Shown piece after piece: positions 49,867-59,380 of a DNA stretch of 64,000 bases. Source of the stretch: an uncultured Thiomicrospira sp. (lineage in GTDB: Bacteria; Pseudomonadota; Gammaproteobacteria; CAKMZV01); assembly GCA_965195345.1 (NCBI GenBank), contig OZ239628.1, positions 864,001 through 928,000 of the forward strand, read 5' to 3'. The translations under genes and the position numbers were made by a program. Positions within the stretch are counted from its first letter, which is position 1. Every line of letters starts with the position of its first letter. The notes under the pieces were generated by a model that saw only the letters and a program-made list of their open reading frames with translations, had not been told where the DNA came from and did not search any database.

Positions 49867-50982
49867 TTACTCCACTTGGCTTTCTTTTGGAATGTCTACA
49901 TCAATAGTGTATTCATGTATTAAAATATTATCGTCAGCATACACTTGAGTGGTGAGAGTTCCTTTTGAACTCGCTGGGAAAACATACGCTGTGTAAATAC
50001 GCCAACGATTTCCACGAATCAAAAATTTTTTTTGGTTGATAATTTGATCATTGAACACCCATTGATGGCGAATGCTATGATCTTTGAAATTTCTAATGTT
50101 CGTATAGAAATAAACAATTTCATTATTGTCTATTTTTTCCAATGCTTCACCAGGTACACGGTCAACTACTGAATGTGTAAATAAAGGAGATGTAATTTTT
50201 AATTTTAGATAATCACTAGACAACGAAGACGTTGAGTGACTTTCATTCGAAGTATTCTTCGAAGCGCTCGTTGTATCATTATTGTCTATTATGGTTTCTT
50301 GATTTTGACTCAACAATTCTTTCTTTATTGGTTGAACATCTTTTTTGAATGTGGCACTGGAAGGTTCTTTAATTTTGAGCTCCTGCTCATTCTTTGCCTC
50401 ATGATCGTTGCTTTCTAATGCAGATGCACTTTCTATTTTGGTTGAACTATGGATCACATCTACACTTAGTATTGTTGGGACTGGAATTTTAGTTTCTTGT
50501 TGTTTTTTTTGTAACACAGCATCAAACGATTGATCGCGTGTACTCTTCCTTGCCTGTATGTTTTCTGATAATGCTGGCTTTTCAGGTTTATTTGTTTGAT
50601 CTTTTGAAGTCAATGAAGATGAGGTATTATCATTTGTGTTTGAGGAATCTGGCTTTGACGTTTTAGAAGCGGTAATTGAAAAAATAGGTATATACTTATC
50701 GTCCGTCAAGTTTCGATAGTTGAAATAACCAATGATTGATAAGAGTAAGAGAATCAGTAGTCCCCATAAGATGGACTTACTCGGGTTAGCGTGCGATATG
50801 CCTGCCGATTTGCAACCTGCTTTCCAACCATTTATCCATTTTCTTTTCAATGCTGCAGACGATAGATACCTATGAGAGCAGTATGAAGAGTCCATGCCTG
50901 CATTTCCTTTGTTAAATCCATCCTCATAGGCTGAACGTAATTCTTCAGAAGAATATTTTTTTTGATTACTATCAGTTGTCAT
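49867..50982 (-). CDS. Bitopic membrane protein: Rmf-like N-terminal domain, TM, S/T/K/E-rich linker and DUF2914-like C-terminal domain
   Basis: AYEDGFNKGNAGMDSSYC...KRKWINGWKAG, TM ILWGLLILLLLSIIGYF and the C-terminal VYFYTNIR...IRHQW...FLIRGNRWRIYT. Confidence 0.65.
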   Translation of the reverse strand: MTTDSNQKKYSSEELRSAYEDGFNKGNAGMDSSYCSHRYLSSAALKRKWINGWKAGCKSAGISHANPSKSILWGLLILLLLSIIGYFNYRNLTDDKYIPIFSITASKTSKPDSSNTNDNTSSSLTSKDQTNKPEKPALSENIQARKSTRDQSFDAVLQKKQQETKIPVPTILSVDVIHSSTKIESASALESNDHEAKNEQELKIKEPSSATFKKDVQPIKKELLSQNQETIIDNNDTTSASKNTSNESHSTSSLSSDYLKLKITSPLFTHSVVDRVPGEALEKIDNNEIVYFYTNIRNFKDHSIRHQWVFNDQIINQKKFLIRGNRWRIYTAYVFPASSKGTLTTQVYADDNILIHEYTIDVDIPKESQVE

Positions 50983-51087
50983 TTAATCTACAGGACTGGA
51001 ATTTTTTTTCTAATCGGTTTTTAATCCAATTAATGGGCATCTGCATTTACTTCTCTTCATTAAAATACATTGTATATCATTCAAAGT

Positions 51088-52008
51088 TTAACGTCCTTCA
51101 CATTGTTTTTTACAACGATTTACGGCAAGCACCGAACTAAAAAAACCGATGAGGATTGCAAAGGAAAAACAGTATAGATAGGCAGCGTTTAAATGCAAAA
51201 TTTGAACGTCACCTGCAGTGGCTGTTACAAGCAAGTTATTAATGACTTCAATGCTCCCCCAACTAATGCCAACGGCACAAAGAGTGCCAATAAATCCAAG
51301 TGAAGTGCCCCAAATTATAAATGGTTGATACAACTGAGTAAGCGTAGCTCCAAGTAATAGATTTATCGCTACTTCGTCGCGTTTTATTTGGATATGTTGA
51401 CTTAAAGCGTGATTTAAAATCAACCAGATAGCCACGATGAATACAGCACTTAGAAACCAGACCAAACGCTCTCCTAAAGTAATTAATTCTTGCACATGTG
51501 ACACCCATTCTTCATTGATATCTACTTCATAAACCATTTCGTCTTCAAGTAGTAATGATTTAAAAGAGAGGATTTGTTGCAAGCTTGATTGAACCGTTGG
51601 ATTAAGGATTATCAGATCGTGCAATGGGTTGTATCCAAGTAATTCAAGGGAGGCTTTTATGTCTTTTTCACCACGATATTCTTTCAATTCCTCAATAGCA
51701 TCGTCGCGTGAGATAAGGACAGGATTATTCTTTATAACACTGCCATAGGTCGCAATCATTGAATTGATGCGCTCCAAAGTTTCGGTACGTTCAGATGCAT
51801 TATTTGTATGTAAAAAGACAGTAATTTGTTTGTGTGCTGTTTGTACTCCGAGCCAATTATTGGAATTAATTAACAATGTAAGCCCAAGCAGGGGTACGCT
51901 AAAACTTGCAGCGATCACCAATATAGTCAGAAAGCTGTTGGAAAAAGTCATTTTCACATCAACCCAAAAGTTATGGTATCCGGTTGGTGTACTGGTTTTA
52001 TATTTCAT
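51088..52008 (-). CDS. ftsX: Cell division permease FtsX
   Basis: LTILVIAASFSVP, NPLHD, EEWV and RDEVAINLLLGAT. Follows ftsE. Confidence 0.85.
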   Translation of the reverse strand: MKYKTSTPTGYHNFWVDVKMTFSNSFLTILVIAASFSVPLLGLTLLINSNNWLGVQTAHKQITVFLHTNNASERTETLERINSMIATYGSVIKNNPVLISRDDAIEELKEYRGEKDIKASLELLGYNPLHDLIILNPTVQSSLQQILSFKSLLLEDEMVYEVDINEEWVSHVQELITLGERLVWFLSAVFIVAIWLILNHALSQHIQIKRDEVAINLLLGATLTQLYQPFIIWGTSLGFIGTLCAVGISWGSIEVINNLLVTATAGDVQILHLNAAYLYCFSFAILIGFFSSVLAVNRCKKQCEGR

Positions 52009-52694
52009 TGTACAAAGCCATTTTTCAATTTGATTTCATGAAATGCATGTGATTTTTTGAATCGCTCAACCAGTGCAATTTCATGCGTTGCAATCATAAT
52101 ACAAGTTTTTCGTGTTTGATTGATACTAATCAATAATTGCATGATTTTTTCAGATAAATCGGGATCGAGATTTCCGGTTGGTTCATCGGCTAATATGATT
52201 TTAGGATGACGTACTAACGCTCGTGCCAAACCAATGCGTTGTCGTTGCCCTGCAGACAGCGATAAAGGGTTGTATAGAGCATATTCGCGCATTTTAACTA
52301 ACGATAGTGCAGCTTCTACTTGACTTGAAAATTCACTTTTAGGGACGCCATTTAAATGCAGGGCAAGAGCAATATTATCTTGAACGTTCCGATCATTCAA
52401 AAGCATTGGTTCTTGAAAAACGATGCCCAATTTTTGACGATAGGAAGGAATTTGGTGATTTGAAGTTTTATTCAAACTATTACCAGCGACGTAAATTTCG
52501 CCATTTGTTGGTCGCTCCATTAAAGCTAATAATTTAAATAAAGTGCTTTTGCCTGCTCCTGAGGGTCCCGTTACAAAAGTTAATGAATTTGGTGCGACTC
52601 TGAAAGTAATGTTTTTTAACGCATCATGATGCGTAGGATGCGCGGGGTAACGCTTGGATACGTTGTCAAAATGAATGAAATTTTTATCAGACAT
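52005..52694 (-). CDS. ftsE: Cell division ATP-binding protein FtsE
   Basis: GPSGAGKST, LSAGQRQR and LADEPTGNLDP. Lies between ftsY and ftsX. Confidence 0.92.
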   Translation of the reverse strand: MSDKNFIHFDNVSKRYPAHPTHHDALKNITFRVAPNSLTFVTGPSGAGKSTLFKLLALMERPTNGEIYVAGNSLNKTSNHQIPSYRQKLGIVFQEPMLLNDRNVQDNIALALHLNGVPKSEFSSQVEAALSLVKMREYALYNPLSLSAGQRQRIGLARALVRHPKIILADEPTGNLDPDLSEKIMQLLISINQTRKTCIMIATHEIALVERFKKSHAFHEIKLKNGFVQ

Positions 52695-52726
52695 TTATAA
52701 ATAAGTTAAAGGGTACGAATCTGTTA

Positions 52727-53623
52727 TTATCCATTGGGGTGTTCCTCTAATAATGCGCTTATGAATTCTTCGGCATTAAATAATTGTAAGTCATCTATTT
52801 TTTCCCCCACACCCAGATAAATGATTGGTAAATCTAGGATGTGAGCAATGCTGAGTAAAGCGCCACCTTTGGCAGTGCCGTCTAACTTACTGGCTATAAC
52901 ACCAGTAATAGGAACGATGTCCTTAAATGCTGCAATTTGTTTAACACCATTTTGCCCACTACCTGCATCAATAACCATCCAAATGTCCGGCTCTATTAAG
53001 GCATCTACTTTGTTTAGAGTGCGGATGATTTTTTCTAACTCGTTCATTAAATGCTTTTGATTATATTGTCTTCCTGCAGTATCTATAATGAGAATGTCGT
53101 AATTCCGAGCTTTCGCCATCTCTAATGCAGTGTAAGCAATAGCTGCAGGATCAGTGGTGTTTTTGTCAATAAATACATCGACATTGCTTTGAGAGCCCCA
53201 GCTAGAAAGTTGTTCATGGGCGGCTGCACGAAAAGTATCGCCACTTGCCAATAAAATCTTTTTCTCAGAAGCAGAGAATTTTTTTGCTAATTTACCAATT
53301 GTGGTTGTTTTTCCAGCGCCATTGACGCCAGCCATTACAATAACGTGCGGGAGAGGATGAGTTTTTTCGTTGTTAGAAGTATGGTTAAACATTGACAGCA
53401 TTACTGTAGAGATTGCTTTGATAGGATCTTCAGTTTTGAGCATGCGCAGTTGTTTAATAATATAATCAGTTGTATCAATGCCAACATCTGCGGATAGGAA
53501 TTGATCTTCAAGTGCGTTTAATGAGTCTTCATCTATTTTTTTTTGTGCAAAAAAAGAATTGAAGTTTAAACGCCTTTTGGTTTTGATTAGAGAATCGTGA
53601 AGAATTTGTTTGAATGACGGCAC
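52727..53623 (-). CDS. ftsY: SRP receptor FtsY (NG domain, lacking the long acidic A domain)
   Basis: GVNGAGKTTTIGKLA, DTFRAAA, DTAGR and KLDGTAKGG. Probable GTG start at 53623; the ORF is open to 53686. Confidence 0.93.
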   Translation of the reverse strand: MPSFKQILHDSLIKTKRRLNFNSFFAQKKIDEDSLNALEDQFLSADVGIDTTDYIIKQLRMLKTEDPIKAISTVMLSMFNHTSNNEKTHPLPHVIVMAGVNGAGKTTTIGKLAKKFSASEKKILLASGDTFRAAAHEQLSSWGSQSNVDVFIDKNTTDPAAIAYTALEMAKARNYDILIIDTAGRQYNQKHLMNELEKIIRTLNKVDALIEPDIWMVIDAGSGQNGVKQIAAFKDIVPITGVIASKLDGTAKGGALLSIAHILDLPIIYLGVGEKIDDLQLFNAEEFISALLEEHPNG

Positions 53624-53653
53624 AACTAATTTTAAAGAGTGAGTATTAATTAT

Positions 53654-55018
53654 ATGGCTAGATACAGTGAGTATAGCAGTTTGCAAGTGGTTTTGTTCAG
53701 TCTATTAAGCATATTTATGTTGTCAAATTATAACGCTCATGCTGCTGATTCGCCTGTGCATGAAAAAAAACTTGCGAATGGATTCAGAGTGTTTGTAAAG
53801 GTTGATAATCGATCGCCAGTGGTATCTTCACATGTTTGGTATCGAGTTGGTTCAGTCGATGAATATAGTGGGTCTACAGGATTGTCTCATATTCTTGAAC
53901 ATATGATGTTTCGTGGTACAAAAAAACACCCTAAAGATGCATTTTCGAAGATTGTTAATCAATTTGGCGGAGAGCATAACGCATTTACATCTCGAGATTA
54001 CACCGGTTACTATCAAACCATTGGGTCAGAGCATTTAGAAAAGATGCTTGAGTTGGAAGCAGATCGTATGCGTAACGTTATTTTTGAACAAAAAGGCTTT
54101 GAAAAAGAGCGTGATGTAGTTGCAGAGGAACGTCGATATCGTGTTGAAGATAAACCGCTTAATAGACTTAATGAATTATTCTATGCGACTGCTTATGTTA
54201 CCAGTCCATATCATCATCCAATTATCGGATGGATGAAAGACATAGAGGAGACTCAAATTGATGACTTATACCAATGGTATAACCGATTCTACACACCAAA
54301 TAATGCATTATTAGTGGTTGTTGGAAAAGTGAAGCCAAAAGAAGTGTTTGCTATGGCCGAGGCAACATTTGGAAAAATCAAGCCGAATGTCATGAAGCCT
54401 CTTAAGACGCGCCCTGAAATTCCTCAAAAAGGAGAGCGTAGAGTGGTAATGGAAGCTGATGTTGATTTGCATTATGTTTTGATGGGGTATCACGTCCCCA
54501 GTTTGAAAACAGCGACACAAGATCAGTTGAAAGATGTGTATGCGCTTGATGTTTTATCAGGAATTCTTTCAGGCAGCAGTAGCGCACGTTTGCCAAAAGT
54601 GCTGGTACGTCGTGATAAAGTTGCTAGTAAAGCAAGCAGTTATTACAATATGACTTCTTTAAAGAGTGCTTTGTTTATACTGGATGGGATAGCCGCTCAT
54701 CAAGGCAGTACTTTGTCGGTCGAGCAAGCATTGAATGAAGAAATTGATAGACTCAAAACGGAGTTAGTCAAGGTTGAAGAGTTGGAACGAATAAAAACAA
54801 ATATAAAAGCATCTGAAATATTTCAAAAAGATTCAATTTTTTATCAGGCATATGAAATAGCTTTACTTGAAACAATCGGTGTGGGTTGGAAATTAACTGA
54901 TAAGTATTTAAAAAACATCTCCATGGTTACACAAGAAGATTTACAGCGAGTTGCACGTAAATACCTAGTGAAAAATAACCGTACCACAGCTGTGCTTAAC
55001 CCAACGGAGGAACGCTAG
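53654..55018 (+). CDS. M16 zinc peptidase, catalytic subunit
   Basis: WYRVGS, HILEHMMF (HXXEH), NAFTSRDYT and EERRYR, with a signal peptide. Start uncertain (53639, 53654 or 53717). Confidence 0.9.
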   Translation: MARYSEYSSLQVVLFSLLSIFMLSNYNAHAADSPVHEKKLANGFRVFVKVDNRSPVVSSHVWYRVGSVDEYSGSTGLSHILEHMMFRGTKKHPKDAFSKIVNQFGGEHNAFTSRDYTGYYQTIGSEHLEKMLELEADRMRNVIFEQKGFEKERDVVAEERRYRVEDKPLNRLNELFYATAYVTSPYHHPIIGWMKDIEETQIDDLYQWYNRFYTPNNALLVVVGKVKPKEVFAMAEATFGKIKPNVMKPLKTRPEIPQKGERRVVMEADVDLHYVLMGYHVPSLKTATQDQLKDVYALDVLSGILSGSSSARLPKVLVRRDKVASKASSYYNMTSLKSALFILDGIAAHQGSTLSVEQALNEEIDRLKTELVKVEELERIKTNIKASEIFQKDSIFYQAYEIALLETIGVGWKLTDKYLKNISMVTQEDLQRVARKYLVKNNRTTAVLNPTEER

Positions 55019-56337
55019 TGTTTCAATTTTGCAAGAATATTCTTTTAACTTTTCTTTTTTTCGCACCTGCTTCATTAGTATGGGGGCAAGACGCGTTTCC
55101 AGAACCAGAGTCTTGGGTTAGTGAAAGTGGGACGCAGATTCGTTATCTTTACGCACCTGAATTAGACATAGTTGATATTCAGATTGTTTTTTCAGCGGGT
55201 TCAGCGCGTGATGGAAAAAAGGCAGGTGTTGCTTCCATAACCAATGCGCTTCTTGCTCATGGAAGTAAGGTGTTACCAGAGGAAAAACTGAATCATAGTA
55301 TGGACGGATTGGGAATACATTGGTCGGTAAGAAGTTTACGTGATATGGCAATTTTAACGTTGAGAAGTTTGAATGATGCTGATCATTTGGATAAAGCAAT
55401 AGGACATATTTCTCATATCCTGAGTGAACCACATTTTCCTCAAGAAGGGCTGCAACGGATTATAAATAGTCGTACTGTTGAATTACGCGCGCTTGCCAGT
55501 CGAGCGTCCTATGTTCTCGATAGAGCTTGGTGGCAGAAGCTTTACCCTAATCATCCTTATGCTTCTCCTCCGTATGGAACAATTGAATCCTTGGCAAGTA
55601 TTCAAAGAGATGATCTGGTTTCGTTCCATAAAAAATATTATGTGACTAAAAATATGACCATTGCAATGGTTGGTAACATCAGTAAAGAAAAAGCTCAAGC
55701 TATTGCAAAACGATTGACAAGCAATCTTCCTAAGGGCAAGAAAGCAGCAGAGTTGCCTCAACCTGAAGCATTAAATGCAGCTGAAGAGTTCATCGAAGTT
55801 GATGCAAAGCAAGCGCATATTCGTATGGGTACTTTAGGTGTATCAAGATATGGAAGTTTACGCCACTATACTGCACTGTATCTCGCCAATTATTTGCTTG
55901 GGGGTAATGGACTCGTGTCTGATTTAAGCATTGAAGTACGAGAGAAAAGAGGTCTTGCCTATAGTGTCCATAGTAGCTTTAGACCCATGGCATCACGAGG
56001 TCCTTTCAGTATTTCTTTGCAAACACGCAGTTCTAAAGAAAAAGAGTCCATTCAAGTAGTGAATGATACGTTAAGTAAATTTGTGGATACTATAGACGAA
56101 GAAAGAGTTAATGAAGCTCGTGAAAGCATCCTTGGAAAATTTATTTTAGGTTTAGATAGTAACGCAGAAATGGTTTTATATCTCGGGTTAATGGGGTTCT
56201 ATAACCTTCCAAATAGTTATTTAAATAATTTCATCAAGGAGATTGAAACGCTTGATGCTGAATTCGTACGCGAAACATTCAAGCGCTATCTTGCTAATAA
56301 TTCTTTAGTCTTGGTGAGTGTAGGTAACGGAATCTGA
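55018..56337 (+). CDS. M16 peptidase-like non-catalytic subunit
   Basis: AGSARD, HPYASPPYGT and EVREKRGLAYSV. Lacks HXXEH. Confidence 0.88.
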   Translation: MFQFCKNILLTFLFFAPASLVWGQDAFPEPESWVSESGTQIRYLYAPELDIVDIQIVFSAGSARDGKKAGVASITNALLAHGSKVLPEEKLNHSMDGLGIHWSVRSLRDMAILTLRSLNDADHLDKAIGHISHILSEPHFPQEGLQRIINSRTVELRALASRASYVLDRAWWQKLYPNHPYASPPYGTIESLASIQRDDLVSFHKKYYVTKNMTIAMVGNISKEKAQAIAKRLTSNLPKGKKAAELPQPEALNAAEEFIEVDAKQAHIRMGTLGVSRYGSLRHYTALYLANYLLGGNGLVSDLSIEVREKRGLAYSVHSSFRPMASRGPFSISLQTRSSKEKESIQVVNDTLSKFVDTIDEERVNEARESILGKFILGLDSNAEMVLYLGLMGFYNLPNSYLNNFIKEIETLDAEFVRETFKRYLANNSLVLVSVGNGI

Positions 56338-56358
56338 TAATCATCGGAACTAAAATTG

Positions 56359-56910
56359 ATGAAAAATGGCACTACTCGGGTGATTAGTGGTATACATGGT
56401 TCTAGAAAAATATCCTTTTTACCAATTAAAAATTTGCGGCCAACAACGGATAGAATTCGTGAAACTCTATTTAATTGGTTGCAAAATTCTATAGCTGGTA
56501 GCTATTGTCTTGACGCATTTTCTGGGTCAGGTTCTCTTGGAATAGAGGCATTATCAAGAGGAGCATCCTCCGTTAAGTTTATTGAAAAGAATAAGGCACA
56601 GTGCAGTCATTTGCAAAAAGAGTTATTCAATTTAAAAATCGATATTGAGGCTATTAATGCTGATTTTTTTGCATGGGCAAAATCACAAAATGAGCAGTTT
56701 GACGTCATTTTTCTCGATCCACCTTTTTTAGAAAATTTCTGGCAAAGGAGTTTTGACACTATTGCATCTAATAATATTATTAAGATGAATGGGCATGTTT
56801 ACTTGGAACACCCGTCTAATATAGAGATGAGCTACGCTAATTGTTGGAAACTAATAAAATCAGAAACCTATGGCAGGGTGTCATTTAATCTTTTGCAGAA
56901 AGTAGCGTAA
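56359..56910 (+). CDS. rsmD: 16S rRNA m2G966 methyltransferase
   Basis: LRPTTDRIRETLFNWL, DAFSGSGSLGIEALSRGA and FLDPPF. Confidence 0.94.
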   Translation: MKNGTTRVISGIHGSRKISFLPIKNLRPTTDRIRETLFNWLQNSIAGSYCLDAFSGSGSLGIEALSRGASSVKFIEKNKAQCSHLQKELFNLKIDIEAINADFFAWAKSQNEQFDVIFLDPPFLENFWQRSFDTIASNNIIKMNGHVYLEHPSNIEMSYANCWKLIKSETYGRVSFNLLQKVA

Positions 56911-56938
56911 CACTACTTTAAATAGCGAAGGGCCATTA

Positions 56939-56975
56939 AAAAAAGCCGTGATTTAAGAAAAACCACGGCTTTTTT
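56939..56975. terminator. Bidirectional Rho-independent terminator between convergent rsmD and the AGCS gene
   Basis: aaaaaagccgtg-N13-cacggctttttt. Confidence 0.85.
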
Positions 56976-56992
56976 AGTTAACTTTTTTATGT

Positions 56993-58354
56993 CTAGATGG
57001 ACATACGTTGTTGGTTATCGAAGTAATCTCGAGTTACTTTGAATACCATGGGTGCTAATAGAATAAGCCCGATAAGGTTTGGAATGGCCATTAATCCATT
57101 CAAGGTGTCGGATAGGTTCCATACAAGTTGTACTTCAAAGTTAGCAAATGATAGTGCAGCAACGACCCACATAACTCGATAAATTATAAGTGTCTTTTCA
57201 CTGAATAAAAATTGCCAACATCTTTCACCATAGTACGACCAACCAAGGATTGTAGTGAAGGCAAAAACAGCTAGAGCGATTGTAACTATGTACTCACCTC
57301 CAGGAATGCTATTTCCAAAGGCGAGAGAAGTTAAGGCTGCTCCATTTTCACCTGAAGTCCATGCGCCTGAAGTCAGTATCACTAATGCAGTCATAGTACA
57401 AACGATTAAAGTATCTATGAACGTGCCTAACATTGCAATTATGCCTTGTTTTACAGGATTGTCTGTTTGAGCTGCTGCGTGTGCTATAGCGGCAGAACCC
57501 AAGCCAGATTCATTTGAAAATACACCTCTTGCAACCCCAAAACGAATTGCCGCGGCTACGGCAGCACCTGCAAACCCACCTGCTGCTGCTGCTGGATTAA
57601 ATGCATGATAGAAAATCAATCCAAAAGCATGTGGTATTTCTGAAATATTAATTATGAGAATAACAAATGCGGCGCCAATGTATAGGACGATCATGGTGGG
57701 AACCAGCTTTCCTGCAACTTCTGCTATGCGTTTAATACCACCAAAAATAACGAAAGCGACTAAAGCTGCGACAATAATTCCCGTGATATAGGTTGGAACA
57801 TTAAAGTTAGTAACTAAGACAGCTGCCATTGAGTTAACTTGAACTGCGTTACCTATGCCAAAAGCAGCGATTGCTCCAAAAATTGCAAATGTAATACCCA
57901 ACCACTTTCCTAATCCTGGAGCCGATTCGCCAACACCATTACGAAGGTAATACATTGGACCGCCAACGTACTTTCCATCGGCATCTACTTCTCTGTATGT
58001 AACAGCACAAACCGCTTCAGCGTATTTAGTTGCCATTCCAAACAGCGCAATAACCCACATATAGAAAATAGCGCCTGGACCACCCAGTGCAATTGCGGTT
58101 GCGACACCAGCAATATTACCAGTACCAACTGTCGCAGATAAGGCTGTCATTAAAGCATTAAATGGTTTAACTTCTCCAGCTCCTGTAGATTCACTTTTAT
58201 CGAAGAGTAATTTGAAACCATATCCAACTTTACGCCAAGGCATAAAAACCAGACCTAAAGTAAGTAAAAGACCCGTAAATCCAAGAGCAGATAGCATAGG
58301 TGGACCCCATGCAAAGCTATTAACACTGCTTATAAAATTGTTTAAAGATTCCAT
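56993..58354 (-). CDS. Alanine/glycine:cation symporter (AGCS family)
   Basis: ATVGTGNIAGVATAI, GGPGAIFYMW, GGPMYY, RGVFSNESGLGSA and NGLMAIPN. Likely ATG at 58354. Confidence 0.93.
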   Translation of the reverse strand: MESLNNFISSVNSFAWGPPMLSALGFTGLLLTLGLVFMPWRKVGYGFKLLFDKSESTGAGEVKPFNALMTALSATVGTGNIAGVATAIALGGPGAIFYMWVIALFGMATKYAEAVCAVTYREVDADGKYVGGPMYYLRNGVGESAPGLGKWLGITFAIFGAIAAFGIGNAVQVNSMAAVLVTNFNVPTYITGIIVAALVAFVIFGGIKRIAEVAGKLVPTMIVLYIGAAFVILIINISEIPHAFGLIFYHAFNPAAAAGGFAGAAVAAAIRFGVARGVFSNESGLGSAAIAHAAAQTDNPVKQGIIAMLGTFIDTLIVCTMTALVILTSGAWTSGENGAALTSLAFGNSIPGGEYIVTIALAVFAFTTILGWSYYGERCWQFLFSEKTLIIYRVMWVVAALSFANFEVQLVWNLSDTLNGLMAIPNLIGLILLAPMVFKVTRDYFDNQQRMSI

Positions 58355-58455
58355 AGTTTTTCCTATTAAAATATTAAATTTAAAAAACAAAAAACGAATT
58401 GTTTCTATGATGTTAAGGCAAATATAACACAGAATGAATGCGTTGGCTATTTAAA

Positions 58456-59373
58456 TTATAGAAAGTGCTGGAGTATTTTTTTAAAGGGTAAATCTCTATT
58501 GAGATCGTTTCCTTCGGTTTCAATTCTAACGACCTCTGGAAAACGGTTGAGCCATGTCTTTTGTTTTTTAGCCAGTTGAGATGTCGCTATAATGGTTTTT
58601 TCAATGGCAGTTTCACGGCTATAATCTCCGTCAAGGTACTGCCACCATTGACGATAACCAACTGCGCGAATAGATTGCGAATCTTTGGTTAAATCTCCAC
58701 GCAATCGTAATCTTTCAATTTCATCAGAGAAACCACTTTCAAGCATTTTTATAAATCGCATTGCTATTATTTGTCGATGCTGTTCTCGGTTTTGAGGTAC
58801 GATTGCTACGGCTTTGTATTGATAGGGAAATGAATGCACTTCTTTGTAATAATCGTGTCTGCTTTTCCCACCGTTCTGCTGCACGCACAGAGCTCTAATA
58901 ATTCGTTGGTGATCTTTAGGATGGAGAAGAGATGCACTAAGTGGATCTTTTTCTCTAAGTAAGGCAAACAAAGCGTCGCTTCCTTGCTCTGCGAGGATGT
59001 TTTGGAAGTGTAAACGTTGTTTTTCCTCACTTCTTGGTAATTTTGACAAGCCATGCAAAAGAGCGTTAAAGTAGAGCATCGTGCCACCAACAAGAATAGA
59101 AGGCTTCCCATTTTCTCTATTTTTTTGTATCAATGCATTTGCTTGATCTACAAAAAGAGCAACAGAATATGATGCGTTTGCATCTAAAATATCGATTAAA
59201 TGATGCTTTACACCTTGCCGTTCTTCTTCCGTTGGCTTAGCTGTACCAATGTTCATGCCACGATATATCATAGCAGAATCAACACTTATGATATCGCAAT
59301 TCAATTTTTTTGCTAATCTAATGGCTAAGTCTGTTTTACCAGTAGCTGTCGGGCCCATCAATGCGTATATCAC
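58456..59373 (-). CDS. miaA: tRNA dimethylallyltransferase
   Basis: GPTATGKT, SVDSAMIYRGMNIGTAKP, VGGTMLY and AVGYRQ. Confidence 0.96.
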   Translation of the reverse strand: MIYALMGPTATGKTDLAIRLAKKLNCDIISVDSAMIYRGMNIGTAKPTEEERQGVKHHLIDILDANASYSVALFVDQANALIQKNRENGKPSILVGGTMLYFNALLHGLSKLPRSEEKQRLHFQNILAEQGSDALFALLREKDPLSASLLHPKDHQRIIRALCVQQNGGKSRHDYYKEVHSFPYQYKAVAIVPQNREQHRQIIAMRFIKMLESGFSDEIERLRLRGDLTKDSQSIRAVGYRQWWQYLDGDYSRETAIEKTIIATSQLAKKQKTWLNRFPEVVRIETEGNDLNRDLPFKKILQHFL

Positions 59374-59380
59374 GACCTTT

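Noticed and set aside
58355-58455. Glycine riboswitch upstream of the AGCS symporter
   Set aside because: The gap is about 100 bp, very AT-rich and lacks the GGAGA...CCGAAG...CTCTCAGG core.
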